A stretch of 63,547 nucleotides of DNA, filler included, from Lenisia limosa (Eukaryota; Protista; Breviatea), in assembly GCA_001655205.1 (NCBI GenBank). It is 16 parts of 16 records of this genome, joined end to end, with 100 filler letters (N's around TTAATTAATTAA, not from the genome) between each part and the next. Parts side by side here need not be neighbours in the genome. Positions count along the whole stretch, not along the records: positions 8,014 to 21,319 come from LPNZ01006058.1; positions 21,420 to 24,086 come from LPNZ01007342.1; positions 24,187 to 25,483 come from LPNZ01001722.1; positions 25,584 to 26,755 come from LPNZ01006745.1; 12 more parts are not named here. One strand, 5' to 3'. The notes under the pieces are model-generated. The model saw only the letters and a program-made list of their open reading frames with translations, was not told the DNA's origin and made no database searches. Position 1 is the first letter of the stretch. The number at the start of each line of letters is the position of its first letter. The position numbers were made by a program, and so were the translations under genes. Of the stretch, positions 12,050 through 25,776 are shown piece by piece.

Positions 12050-14738
12050 ATGGGGACCACATCGGAAGGCAATATAGGTTTGGAGCTGCACGGGGAAACA
12101 GTAGGGCTTCCCTGCGTTCCAAAAAAGACCTTTTTAATATAGATATTTATCGAGGATTTCTCGAGAAATTCCGTCTTTTTTGGCAACGTGAAGAAGCCCA
12201 AGGAAACAGTGAGGTAAAGTGAAATACCTAAGGATATTCTCTTTTGTCTTATTATTTGCTTTTTTTTTTTAGAATTTTGGTGACATTTCTAGGGATCACA
12301 AATGAGGAGGTTCTTGAAGAAATTGAGGCACTTGAAGCGGTTTATTTAGGTTGGGGGTCAATGTCTTTTACCATATGCTGTGTTGATGAACATCTCGATA
12401 AATCCTCGATAAGTATCGATCTTATCAGTGTATTTTTCGTAAGATAGGGAAGCCCAACTCACAACGCAGACCAAGTGACTCGATTTGAGGGCGGCATTGT
12501 ACTTGATGTCACTCCCCTTGACTCCCATCTGACACCCCCATGTATCGAATTAAAGCTGAAGTTCGACCTGCAATCCCCAGTAAGCGGCACCAACCAACGC
12601 GATCACCGATACCCCTTTTTCCGATACTTAGGGATTCCCTACATTCCGAGAAAGACTGAATTTCTTCTATTTTACTTGCAACATCGTGAAATTTGGCTGT
12701 TCTTGAAGCAAGCCCCAAATTAGCACACTGAACACAACTCACAGCTTAGTATCCTGAAGAACTGCCCAAAGTAACCATTGAGCTTTGTAAGGGCCTTGAA
12801 GACTCGGCTCTTGCCAAACTCAAGGACATTATCGGTAATTTGATATTTACTTAAAAACAACATAGCTATAATATTATTATTTAGGCAAATAGGAGAAGCC
12901 TAGTAAACCCCCAACTGTGACTTTATAGGGTCCAAAAACCCACTCATTATCATTATCATCGTCATTGTCAACATCAACATTATCATCATTATCAATAATT
13001 AGCCATATTAGGCTGGACCTTGCTATTTTATGTGTGGTTACACTTGTAAATGTCTTATTTCCTTCTTGCAATGGCTTTTTCCATTCCAGCTCAAACAGTG
13101 AGTTCCTTCTTTCACCCAGCAGCTTCTTCAATGGAAGGCCTCGAAGGCGATTGTTTGGCATTTACTGTGGCTGAGGCCGTGAGAACATGGATCACTGAAG
13201 GTTTGTGGATGGAGATCTTTGTACTTTTGAACATTGAAATTGCGAAATTTAGACTTTTCAACTTTTTAACTGTGAATTTTGGACTTTAATGCATAAGAAC
13301 CAGATACACAAAATCCTCCCCAATAGGGAGAAACACATTCAAAAATCTAAGACTGGACAAAAACAATATGCATTAGAACCACGAAGGTCTCGCTTGGTTT
13401 CAGCTCCATTTATAGTATGTCTTAACCCGTTTTTGGGTTGACACAAGGGCTTAACTTCGATCCCAAAAAACTGATATCTTATATCGAAAGCTATTGTAGA
13501 TTTATCAAATAATATATTGTTTATTCAAGCCATTTCTGTGGAGACACACATCTTTAAAAACCTAGAAAATCACCCACATGGTCTTTGTATGATCTGCATG
13601 GAAGAGTATTCGAATAAAAACTGGGTAAGGTGGTTCATCCCGACTATAGTCATCCAACCATATAGTGTACCATTTTTGAGGGGGGAGACCACCTATGTGG
13701 GCAATGATAGTTTATTCTTGTTTATGCTTTGACTATACTATGCATATTTATTGTTAAACTATTAAACACACCGAAGTTAATGTTAATTCGCATAATACAT
13801 AGAGATGGCAAATATTGCAAAGTTGTATCTCACATTATCACGCTTTGGACCGTTCAGGTACATGAATTGTAAGAAAATTTGCGTAAAAAAACAATTCTGC
13901 ATTCGGATTCCAAAAATTTCAGAACAATTTACCAAACGACTTTTTAAGTACCTTATCTTGAATACGTCTTAAAAACTTAATTATTTTTTAAAAAAATCAT
14001 AACATTTGTGTCCCAAACGTCCCTTATAAGAGATCAGTGTTATGACATCTCGCGTGTGTAACCGAATAGGTTCGATTACCTTGCTTTCACTTCGTGCATG
14101 ATATGTGTCTTGGGGGCTGTATTGAGCAGCACAACAGCGTCATCGATTCAAAAAGAGGTAATTTGGGAGGGAGGGGGTAAGAAGGACTGCTTCATCCTTC
14201 TTCTACTTGTCAGAGACTCATTTATGTATTCTTAAGATTGTTTGTTTCTATTTAGAAAATGAAATTCTTTGTGGCGATACAGAACTCCAAAAGCGCCTGG
14301 ACAAAATTGAGATAACCCGTATGCGGCGGGGACTGGACTGTTTGTGATTCAGAAATGACGGATCTATTTCGAGAGTTCTCAATAGTTAACTACCGATATG
14401 TTTCGTACCGGAGTGAAGGCGAAACCCTTAGTCACACCCTCACTCCATTTCCCAGGTAGTGACATACCCTGTCCCTTGTGCCGGTCAACGTTCAAGGAAG
14501 ATGAAATTGTAGTGGGTGGGGAAGAGAGGGAAGAAGTGTGTATTGTTTTATTGGAGTGTATGGCTTAAAGATGAAATTGAGGTATTTGGTACGAATAGCA
14601 ATATTGTAGGGCTTACAATTAATTGAAAAATTATACTAGATTGATTTTGTAAATTTTCAAAATTGCACATTCCTAAAAAAAACCGTCCGATATGTTTCTC
14701 AGCAAAAAATGACCCATATAGTCTCCGACCTCGACTGA
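12050..14738 (+). CDS. RNF25: RWD-domain plus RING E3 ubiquitin ligase, RNF25-like
   Basis: EEVLEEIEALEAVYL, YPEELPKVTI (RWD); PHGLCMICMEEY, RLPCFHFVHDMCL, IPCPLCR (RING). Confidence 0.72.
12104..12199. mobile_element. MITE family A copy (CCCT subtype)
   Basis: TA-GGGCTTCCCT...GAAGCCC with the same core. Confidence 0.7.
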
Positions 14739-15146
14739 CTCTTAACACATGACCAACTACACCCAATGACCCCCCTCCCCCTGAAGCCTCTAAGTCGTCT
14801 AACTTTTGATATGGTATGTATCGTCGTCAACTCTGTACTGTCTCTGTGTATTCATCATTGAAAAGATCAAGAGCAAGGGGTATTGGGGTGGTAGGGGAGT
14901 CTGACCGAAGCTGCATACCATCACGTTTATGCATTATTGAAAATTTCAAAAAAATAAATCATGATTAAATAATCAAATCGCCCTGGGCCCTGGTACTGCT
15001 TGTTTATGGGAGCCCACTAAACCAGTCGCAGTCGGCGGAGCAAACGCAGGAGGCAAACAAGAGGCAAACGAGCAATTTTTTTGGCAAATTCGCAATTCTG
15101 TGGTGATTGCTCTGTGTTAAAGAGAGAAGGAGAGAAGGAGAGAAAA

Positions 15147-17876
15147 ATGGGACAAACATGGTCAACAGACCAAACAGCAGAACGCCCAAAGGAGGAGGAA
15201 CCATTGACACTTAGGCAGAAAATCTTCGCTATACAGAAAGAAGGATCATTATCACAAGAAGAGAAAGCGAAGAAGATTCAAAGACTGGTTTCAGGAGTAA
15301 AAGAAGAAGAGGACAGCACCTCTCCCGACCCTTCTTGCCCTGCCAATATTGCGTTCAAACCTTGCTACAATGTATGCGTACGAGATATATTAGACGCTCA
15401 TGACTCGCTTTTCCTCTTTCACATTTCAGTCCTCGAATGAGTTTGGTTGCTGTCACTACCCCAGAGATTGTAGGTTCCTGGTTTTCGTTGACAACTTAGG
15501 TCAATTTGTGTCCCCATGCTGTGGAAAGCTTGTCCCTTGCCGCCTCTGTCACCATGAGGGAGTTTGCAATCAGGAGTTTGACAGGTTAGCATTTGCACCC
15601 GACGTGAAGTTTTTAGGTTTGCCGTTAAGGAAATGGTCTGTCAGTCTTGTGCTACTGTTCAGCCTGTTGCAGCATGGTGTTCTAATCTAAAATGTTCTCA
15701 GGTTGGGGTTTTGGAACGAGAGCTTTGCCTGTAACTATGGATAAACCCTTAGGTATCGCAACGCATTTCAAGGCATATGCTTCTTGCCCTTGAGGTTGGT
15801 AGACTTGAGTTCTTCATTAACAGTGTAGTTAATGAATTACCCCTTCCAATCGTGTGTGAAAGATGATGTAATTGAGGTCACTGCTGTGAGAAACCCATTT
15901 ATTTAGGTTATTTCCTAGGCAACACCCGCCTCACCGTCTGAAATTCAAGAAGATGACGACGATAATTGGGAAGATGTTGAAGATGATGATGGTATGATTG
16001 TTTTTTTTTAACAAATGATCAACAAATTGAGGGTGATGCGGGTGTAGCTGTTGCGGTTCAACAAAATATGCCTCAAGAGGAAGATGATTTGAGTTCGTTA
16101 CAACATGACCTCGCTCGACTTAAAAAAGAACAAGGGGGCTCAAGTAATGTGAACTATGTTCCTAGTATCACAGTGGAGGGACCAAGATTAATGGGTCGTG
16201 CACATTCTTGTCTGAAGTGCAACTTATTCACAAACGATTACGAGGTTTGTGTTCAAGTGTGTGTCAATCTTCAGTTTTTAGCATTCCATTGTGATTCATG
16301 TGGATTATGCCGAAGAGGAAAAGCTGAAGATTTTAATCATTGTGAAAAGTATGGATGTTTTTTTTTTTGCTTTTTTTTTTTGCTTTTTTTGACTTCAAAG
16401 TTGCAATGCTTGTATCAACAAAGCAGCAGTGGATCATGAATGCTCCCCAAATAAGTTGTCCTCAAACTGCCCTGTTTGTCAAGTATGATTACATATCTTT
16501 TTTTGTTTTATGTGTTGGTGAAAAGTTATGTGACACCTTTAGGAGTTTCTTTTTAACTCAGTTCGACCAGTCGTCTTTATGCCCTGCCAACACCCGATCC
16601 ATCGATCATGTTTAGAGACTCTGTTAAAGCAGGTGCGTAGATTGGACTTGATCCTATTTTCCAATCATAAACATAGTTGTACTAACTCTCATATCCTTGG
16701 GAAATTGGAAACATAATATTTTCGGGAAAATCGATATTATTTTATTTCAAGACAATTAGCCGTTCAAAATTCTGGGTTTTTTGCTAATTCTGGTTTTTTT
16801 CAAGTAATTCTGTTTTTTTTTTGTTTTTTTTTTACGAGATTCACTCTATTTGAGAAAACACAAGGCTAAACTAGGAATATATAGTGTTTATTTCGCAAAA
16901 TTAGGAATTAAATGGTCTTGACTTTGTTCACCCTTCATTTTCGGGGTGATTTGTTCAAAAAATTTCAAAAGTCGGTTTCAAATTCGAGTCAAAGTACAAT
17001 ATTTGGGATATATAGAGCTCTAAATAAGAAGCCCAAATTTTTAACTTTGAATCCCTTTTGAAGCCTATTTGTTGATTTATCGGAACTCTAAGAAGAAATA
17101 CTGGATAACAAAATATATTAAATAAAATAATTCAAAACATAAACAAGAAAAAAAACAGAATTTTGAACGGCATATATATATATATATTATATATATCAAG
17201 AAAAAAATATCATATATCTTCCCTCGGGACATCCAGTCATATTTTTTGTTGAGGGGTACTCATCGCAGCTCACGTGGATGGACTCACTCGGCAAAATCAT
17301 TAATTATGCAGACTTTTCCCCTGAAGCCAAAAATTCCGAAAATCCTGAGAACATTCTACGTTCTCATATTATGTATTTTGTTTTTGATCATATTATTATG
17401 ATTGTACATTGTTATAAAAACTTACACACATGATAACCAATCTTTGCGACAATTTCTGACACATAGGGTCCGTTTTGCCCCTTATGTCGCAAGGAAGTGG
17501 CTGACTTGACAGGCTATTATGAGGCTCTGGATAGGGAAATCGAACAAGTATGAGATGAGGGTTTATTTGACAGTACCATAATCACTTCACTTTCTAACCA
17601 GTAAGCAACCAATGCCCGAGGTTTTCCAAGGGTCAGAAGTCAAGGTTTTATGTAGTAAATGCCTTCGTCAGTCTTGGACCGCTTTCCACTTTGTTGGATT
17701 GAAGGTATTGTAACCAAAGCAAATATTGTGCTTTCTGATTGTCTAGTGTCAAGAATGCGGATCGTACAATACTCAGGAATGTGAACGAAGAGGTTTCCCA
17801 ACTGCTGACGAAATCAATTCCAGTCAAGCCCCCCCAAGTCAAACCCCCCCAAGCGAATAATCCAGACCTCAAATGA
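15147..17876 (+). CDS. RCHY1: CHY zinc finger/RING E3 ligase, RCHY1/Pirh2-like
   Basis: GCCHYPRDC, PCCGKLVPCRLCH, FHCDSCGLCRRG, NCPVC, CPLCRK, KVLCSKC...FHFVGLK|CQECGSYNT; stop TGA at 17874-17876. Confidence 0.85.
16759..17171. mobile_element. MITE family G (~410 bp, perfect 16-bp TIR GCCGTTCAAAATTCTG) in an RCHY1 intron
   Basis: TIRs at 16759-16774 and 17156-17171; related end with subterminal sequence at ~62500-62559. Confidence 0.65.
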
Positions 17877-17928
17877 AGACCCTTGTCAAGTCTGATCCCA
17901 GATTGTAGCTGTTTTTTTAAAAAATTCA

Positions 17929-20381
17929 TTAGAGCTTAGCCTTTAGCATCACGTTTTCATCGATAACTACGAAGTTAGAATAAAAAAAGTACTTATGGTA
18001 GAAAAGCATACTGTTATTGGGTGGTTTCACAACAGCCACGACGCACATCACATCATCAAGCTTTCCTCCTTGCTAAAGTGGTAAACCAAATAAGACCTTC
18101 TTCTCTAGGTACTATAAATACCAAAGAAGGGTAAAAATAAAGGTTGGTTATCGTCATATAATAAATAGATTGTACTTAAAATATTGATGAAAACCTTTTT
18201 TCGTATGTTTCATAATGGGTAATAGCTACATAAAAGAAAAATGTTTGATAGTACATTTGATTTGTAGAGATGAGAAATACATGATATTTTTGAGACGAAC
18301 CGTATAAAATTACCTTTTAAAATATAACAATTCATTTGATCCCTACATAAAGCACATTCAGCTGGTCAATTGCAGATGCCGAAAAGGGTGTTGTCGCCTG
18401 GGGGTCTCGACCAACCAAATGAGCTTGGTCGACCAGCGCCTTAGCAATGTTCTGCTTTTTAACTGTGAATATGAACTTACTTTGAGACTTTCATTTTCAT
18501 TTTTATTAACAATGTCCACAATTTCATCATCAAAAAGGTTGTCAAATAAACCATCCGTTGCTAAAATAATGACATCCCCTGAATTAATTAGATGTTTGCA
18601 TGAAGGGAAGATACCTTCTTTTACCCCAAGTGTGTAACGCATTGCTGACTTGGGACTGTCCCCTTTAGACCCCACCTAGGTGATAAGAGTGACAAAACTC
18701 CAATATTAAATTTATACGATGAATATAATTATGTAGGAGGACAAAGAAGATCAGAGATGGAGAGAGACGATACCCCTCTAATTCCGACTTTAAGTTAGTT
18801 TGTTTGTGAAAAAATACATAAACCAGTACAGAATAAAATAATAAGACAATACTAGTTTTTACAATCTTGAGAGAATGAGTGAAACAAAGTTGCTTCCCCA
18901 TCCAAAGCTGAGTAAAATCTAGCAAAAAAAAGGGGTATCATAGGATATGGTAAATATACAATGAAGAAATAAATAGTATTATGTTGAATGAGTCAGCTGG
19001 TTTTTTGGACAGTATGACTAGTTGGCGGATTGTTAGCAATCTTTTAGCCATTCTTTCGTACTCAAATTATAGCACACAAACCACAATCATAACAGGCTCT
19101 TTGTGAATGAGTAAGTAATAATGGTAGTGCCTAGGGCGAAGTTGATAAATCGGGATGAATGCTGTCAATTCTAGGACTCAAACTGTACTAAAAGATACTT
19201 TAAATCCTGCAAAATGCAGCTATTTCACTAAGTTTTAAAAAATGACCCAAAAAAACCCTCTTCCCCTCCCCCCCCTCCATTTCCATACTATTCTCCCATT
19301 CATACTTGAAAGGGGAAATTGAAGGAATGTTGTTGTTCACTTGACCTATATAATTAGGAATATATCATCCATCTTGATTTCATTTAAGATGAATGTTTCT
19401 GAAAACATATTGATAAATATAATGATAGATACAGACTAATATAATTCATCAAACAGAGAAGAAAATGTTCTAAAAAAAATACAATATTTCCAAATCGTCA
19501 TCTCCAACATACTTATGGATTTTTTTGTTATCCCTCATGATGAGCACTCTGGAATCGCCAAGGTTGTTAACATGAAGTGTGTTGTTGTCTAAAACAACAA
19601 ATATGGAAGTTGTTGATCCAAGGGCTAGATTTATGATAAAAAACATGGCATCTTACTTTTTTTAATATTCATAGATTCAAAAGCAGACACAAAGATTGAC
19701 TCTGTATTGGGTGATTCAATGCTAGTGTTTCCCTGCAGCCTGAGAGAATGACAGATGGGCCTGTTTCCAACCATTTGTTAATTTCTTTTTTGATATTGTG
19801 CATGAGAACTCTGGAAAATAACGCAGGATTTGCATTGGGGACAGAGGCCCATCCACCGACTCCATCTGCAACACCTGTCGACGTTACTGTGACCTACTCT
19901 CATTCTTAACCTATTTCCCTTCACCAACCTGCCGCATAAGGGTGCATGAAAGCAGCATCCTCACCAGCTCCGACTGAAGAGAGGTGGACGAAGTGCTGAA
20001 GTTTCAGACAAAACAGGTAATCCTACTTGTAGTCTTTTTGAGGGATGCGGACGTGCATAATAGTCACTTTTTAGATACGGTCCTGCAAGGGTAACAACAA
20101 CAGTCACTGCATATCAACTCAGAAGTGTTTGAGCCACGCAAACTTCCTTTGATTAGTGCTGGTTGATCATCATTCCCTTTTGCCTCCTTTGATGTTACAA
20201 AAGAAAGAAAAAAATAGAACAATTAATAGAATACTCATCACCTCACCACTGCATATGAAGAGTGTTCCATAGAATAATGGTGGTAACCAAATATCGGGAA
20301 TGCTGCTGTAGTAACTGCAAGAGCAACCTTAGATATAGGAGAAAGCCTGCCCAAAATACGGCCAAAGGTTGAGGAGATCAT
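17929..20381 (-). CDS. PPTC7: PP2C-family phosphatase PTC7 homolog (3' end approximate)
   Basis: GEDAAF, GVADGVGGW, ANLGDS, EQQHSFNFPFQ, GDVIILATDGLFDNL, GGKLDDV; N-terminus is R/S-rich and lacks acidic residues, like a presequence. Confidence 0.82.
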
Positions 20382-20607
20382 TTCAGGCTCTGTGGGGGCA
20401 GCTACGGCTGAGCGTTTTGAGCCAATTTTGAGCAGTAATAAGTGAGTAATAACAGTAGTAAAAGGCAGTAAGTAACGGAAGGCTGTTGTTGTTTTCTTGT
20501 TTAAAAATGATATCAGAAAAAATAAATAATAAAAAATACCTGTATTTTTTATGGGCACAAAGATATAACTTATATCGGAAATTAATTAGATGAGCAGTCT
20601 CATAAGT

Positions 20608-20689
20608 GACTAGTTGGCCGAGTGGTTAAGGCGACAGATTAGAAATCTGTTGGGTTCTGCCCGCGTAGGTTCAAATCCTGCACTAGTCG
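20608..20689 (+). tRNA. tRNA-Ser(AGA)
   Basis: Acceptor stem GACTAGT/ACTAGTC, D-arm TGGCCGAGTGGTTAAGGC, anticodon stem ACAGA-TTAGAAA-TCTGT, long variable arm, GTTCAAATCC T-loop, downstream poly-T terminator. Confidence 0.95.
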
Positions 20690-21471
20690 GTTTTTTTATC
20701 TTTTTTTTATTCCCAATTGATTTTTTTTATTTTTTTGTTTTTTTAATTTTATTGATTTTTTTATTCTATGTTTCGTTGATTTTTTTGGCTTGTTTTTCAA
20801 AATTGTTCAGTTGTTGATTTTTCCAGTCATATTATTGTTTTAACATCTGAATGTGGACCTTCACAAGTTCAGTCACTCTGCGAAGCTTAGAAGAGGTAGT
20901 GCCTTAGTGTTCCTTGGAGATATCATATCTTGCTATCTTACAGTTCAAGGCGGTAGTGTTTATGTCAATTCACGCAATCATTTGTCTAATACTGTTATGG
21001 AATCCATCGTAATGCACATTTTTTAAGCCTGACACAACCCCATCAAGAATAATATATAAATACATTTCGAAAAACAAAAACTCAAAAAGACATTATAACC
21101 TATTTCCTTTTAGACGAGGGGCGTGGCAGCGCTGATGCAGGGGCTACAGTTTGAGATGAGAGGCGATATGATACAAAGGAAATAAAATCTGGGATAAGTT
21201 CAGAGATTTTGAGAGCACAAGAACAATGAAAACAAGAATTAGGGATTCGCTACACCAGTCAGAAAAGACCAGTGAAATATCGGTTTTTTTTAATACTAAT
21301 CGAATATCCCCCCCCCCCCNNNNNNNNNNNNNNNNNNNNNNNNNNNNNNNNNNNNNNNNNNNNTTAATTAATTAANNNNNNNNNNNNNNNNNNNNNNNNN
21401 NNNNNNNNNNNNNNNNNNNCCCCCCCCCCCCCTCTCGCACAAACACCACACATTAGCATATCATACCCCTA

Positions 21472-21566
21472 GGGCTTCACTTCGGTCCGAAAACGACCGT
21501 GAAAATTTGATATTTATCGAGGAGTTAATGGGAAAAAAGGTCTTTTTTGGGCCCGTAGGGAAGCTT
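21472..21566. mobile_element. MITE family A copy with mixed ends
   Basis: Left GGGCTTCACTTCGG, right CCGTAGGGAAGCTT. Confidence 0.7.
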
Positions 21567-21719
21567 CCCTACTAGGTAGTTCTTTAATATGAGTGGGACA
21601 ATCTTATGATCATCAACAAAATTCGCAATTAATGCCTTAAACGATTCCTATTATTACTATTATTAATGTTCTTCTTTTTGGGACCGTAGGGAAGTCCTTA
21701 AACATTACATATAATCCCC

Positions 21720-23200
21720 CCCTGTACCGTCCTGCTGCACGTCCCATTTAAGGACCTGTAAGCTGCCGCGGATAGTTGCCAGCATTGTTGTGTTGTCTGC
21801 ACTCGAGACCAGTCTGCGAGGGAGTGAGGGTAAAGTTGGAAAATTAATCAAAAATGTTAACCCATTCCCAAAAAGTGATATGATCATACGACCAACTTTC
21901 TGGTCGAACTGTCGACCGTATCTAATATCCACAGTGATTAAAGTGATACGATATCCTTTGCTGTGTGTGTGTCGGGGGGGGGGGGNNNNNNNNNNNNNNN
22001 NNNNNNNNNNNNNNNNNNNNNNNNNNNNNNNNNNNNNNNNNNNNNNNNNNNNNNNNNNNNNNNNNNNNNNNNNNNNNNNNNNNNNNNNNNNACAAGGATA
22101 TTTTATGATCTTATACCCCCAAACTTTGATATGGTACCCATGTTTTCGGAGAGAGAAGTTGAGGCAAGGATCTAAAGAAAGTAATACAAAGGGGGAATAG
22201 GAGATAAGGAGGTACTGAAAGGATGCACAGCTGGCGAGTGGGATGATTGGAAAAGTGTGGCTGGTATGCCTATCAAGGAAAAGTTTGGAGAGATAGAGTA
22301 TAAGGAAAGGGGTTGATTGGAGAACTATTAGGGAGGGAGATGATATCCACATCATATTATTAAAAATATAGTATTGTGCATCGATATTATATATCATTAC
22401 TTCGTGAACTTAATTTTTTGAAGAAACTAAATGAAAAATTTGAAAAATGGAGTTCCCATGACAATAAGCCTCACTTCAAATTTTGTAATTAATTTTTTCA
22501 CTTAATTGCGCGGAGCCCTACCATATTATATACTATTAAACGTGTAGTATAGTGTATAATATCATCATATAATCCCCCTCCCTCCACCCCCCACATCACG
22601 GGTGCCGGTCCGAAGGTTGTACAGTGTTCCATCGTAAGACCCGACGGCTACACGCCGACCACCAAACATACTAGGTTGTTAATAGGGATTTTGAAAAGAC
22701 CTTTCCTTTGAAATAAATCCGCATTAAATATTTATTTTCTCAGACAGTTAGGAAGCCCTGATTGTGAAAGCTCATCTCAGGTTAATACACTCAACACTCA
22801 ACGGTTTTTATTATAATATTCAGCATTCATGACCAGGCCAGATAGTAATTGTTAATTTCTCATTCACAAACCAGGCAACTGCAGTGGCGGGAGAGGAGGG
22901 GTCAGGATCACCCATACTGGACACTACGGACATGTTTCGATGTGACGTCTCGTACCATTTCCCCTTGTTTGGCTGTGGAGCTTGGGTGCGGAATATGCTG
23001 GGAGTGTTAAAGGGGTCAAAGAGGGATTATTTCCGTCTTTGGTGTTAAAGGCAAGAAGAAGAAGAAGAAGAACAAAACAACAAGACAACAACAGAAATTT
23101 ATCCCTTCCACCTTTTGCCTGACATGCCAACTAGCTCCCTTCCCATAATCATGCGGGAAACTCCAAGAGCTTCGGGAGCGGGTGGAGGGGGGCAGCAATG
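21720..23200 (-). CDS. Possible beta-propeller-type protein fragment
   Basis: Exon-like blocks RVAVGSYDGTLYNL and LVSSADNTTMLATIRGSLQVLKWD; frame not resolved across gaps. Confidence 0.25.
22395..22520. repeat. Repeat family H (~120 bp, ends GAGCCC-TA)
   Basis: AAATGGAGTTC...ACAATAAG...CAAATTTTG.AATTAAT shared with 28096-28214; an end fragment near 14607. Confidence 0.5.
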
Positions 23201-24236
23201 ATCCGAATGTAGAGAAACGGGCGGTAGTGTCTTGATTGGGTTTAAGNNNNNNNNNNNNNNNNNNNNNNNNNNNNNNNNNNNNNNNNNNNNNNNNNNNNNN
23301 NNNNNNNNNNNNNNNNNNNNNNNNNNNNNNNNNNNNNNNNNNNNNNNNNNNNNNNNNNNNNNNNNNNNNNNNNNNNNNNNNNNNNNNNNNNNNNNNNNNN
23401 NNNNNNNNNNNNNNNNNNNNNNNNNNNNNNNNNNNNNNNNNNNNNNNNNAGGAATTCTTTGGAGTTTGGATATAAAGGAATTCTTAGGGGTGATAAAAGA
23501 CTCCAATGGTAGTAACACATGAGTGGGGCTTCTGAACGATCGAAAAAGTCTACGAAAATATAGCTAATTTTCGAGGATTTATCAAGAAATTTCGTCTTTT
23601 TAGAGACCACAAGGAAGCTCTCTACACATGAACTGCATTAATACTAGACCATATTCAATATGATCACCCCCCCCCCTCCCCTCACCAAGAGTTACACGAG
23701 GTTTCTTTTGTTCAATAGTCGGAGNNNNNNNNNNNNNNNNNNNNNNNNNNNNNNNNNNNNNNNNNNNNNNNNNNNNNNNNNNNNNNNNNNNNNNNNNNNN
23801 NNNNNNNNNNNNNNNNNNNNNNNNNNNNNNNNNNNNATGATTTTGCTAAAACTGTTAGAAGGGCGGGGATTCCCGCACCTCCCAGGAAAATTATGATTGC
23901 GGGTATAATATCTGTATTGTTCCAGGAAAACTTCAGGAAAAGTGGAAAAATCCCGACTCAAGGGTTTTCCATTCGAATTCCCCCTCGGTTTCCCTACATG
24001 GTTGTTTTCCTTCAATATTTTAACACAATATCGACAGTCATTAGGGCTTCCCTATTGTCCCAAAAAGACCGGTCCCCCCCCCCCCCNNNNNNNNNNNNNN
24101 NNNNNNNNNNNNNNNNNNNNNNNNNNNNNNTTAATTAATTAANNNNNNNNNNNNNNNNNNNNNNNNNNNNNNNNNNNNNNNNNNNNAAGGTGGGTATTGA
24201 ACTGATCTGGCGGATTTGCGTTGTCTAGTTTAAGTG

Positions 24237-24370
24237 TTGGTTGCTCGTGTTTTATTGCTTGTTTTTTGCTTTTGTTTGGAGTTTCAGATTATTCAGTTCG
24301 TGATTAAAAATACCTTTACGCCAATATTCTTCATCGAAATTTCCTTCGTTTTATCCCCCCTCCCCCACAG
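24237..24370 (+). repeat. Intronic family D element ending at an acceptor
   Basis: TTTGGAGTTTCAGATTATTC..GTGATTA..TACCTTTACGCCAAT..TTCTTCATCGAAATTTCCTTCGTTTTA..CCCCACAG; other copies ~6115-6199, ~7255-7327, ~55913-55975 (minus), ~63395-63521. Confidence 0.75.
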
Positions 24371-25482
24371 ATTCGGCCAGACCATCTACCACGTTGCATC
24401 GCAGGAAGACAGGCTGGCGTTCCCATCTGAAAAATACCCCAATTTGAAGAGAGCGCATACCGGCAAGAGGAGGAATAGTGGGGGTGAAAGGCCGCAATTT
24501 GCGACAATATTATCATTTTCTCATACTCTGTTAAAGCAGGATGCCAATCCAGAAAATTGTCATTAATATCCGAACAAAAAGTTTCGGTGACGTCATCTTT
24601 TAACTACTTTCTTACTAGAATTTAACGAAGATTTTGGTCAGCATGATAATCACAACATTTGCTCTCTTGCTTCCAAAACAACTGCTTTGATAAGTGTAAA
24701 TAAAAATTACACGGGCTACCCTAGGTTTTGGTTATATTTGTGGTTTTTCCGAGCCAGTTTCTGGATTGGCGGCACCTGCTTTAATGCTATGCTGATTACA
24801 CCCTCTCTAATTCAACGCCACAGACCGGCGACGTCGACGCGCACCTGCAGGCAAACAACACGTGTACAACAAGGACCTTCCTATCATGATCTGTATTGCC
24901 TCATTTGTGTCCAATGACGAGGGTGCTGATGTTTCCAAGGTGAATGACGGGTTTGTTCCACCCCACCCCCCACAACTCTCAAAACGCTTGAGAAAACAAA
25001 CCAACACGGACTACTTACACAACAAACACGCCTGATAAGGCAAAAATAGCAAAATAGCAAAGCTTCAACCAGTTTGTAGTGTTTCAATACTGCTGTTGTG
25101 AAGGTGAATGACGGGTTTAGAGTGTTTCAAAAATGCAGCTATTTACGGGTATGATACCAGTAATGAATCTTCTCATTGTGCGGATTTGTACGCAATCATT
25201 TTGGTCAAAATATACATATTATGTACACACATAATATATTATCATATTATTATCATATGATATGAAATTTTCCAATTTGCCTGACCCCACACTTTCTCAC
25301 ACATCTCAGGTTATCCCCTCTCTCGAAGACAAGTATCCAGATTCTCAGGTGGAGCGGGGAGGGGTTCTGTCGTTGTTTGACCAAAAGACTCATTTTCTGT
25401 CCCCCCCTCCAAACATCAAATATGGAGACCAAATTCATGGATCTTTAACACTTGCTCAAAATTGAAAAAAAAGTTGGGGAAC
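24371..25482 (+). CDS. Hypothetical protein fragment
   Basis: Exons FGQTIYHVASQEDRL..., ...DLPIMICIASFVSNDEGADVSK|VIPSLEDKYPDSQVE bounded by GT-AG. Confidence 0.35.
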
Positions 25483-25776
25483 ANNNNNNNNNNNNNNNNN
25501 NNNNNNNNNNNNNNNNNNNNNNNNNNNTTAATTAATTAANNNNNNNNNNNNNNNNNNNNNNNNNNNNNNNNNNNNNNNNNNNNTAGGTACGTTCAGGAGG
25601 GCTATGTACATGTGTTGATGCACAGTGGATACCTTTCGACTTCCTCTTTCGAAGTATATTTCTGATGTGTTCTCACCTTTAAAAATGGCTTGCCGAACTA
25701 AACCTTCCACATTCTTCAGTTCAGTTCCAATTGTATTATGTTATCGTATTTTTGTTCTTTCCTTAATTAGTTGCAG

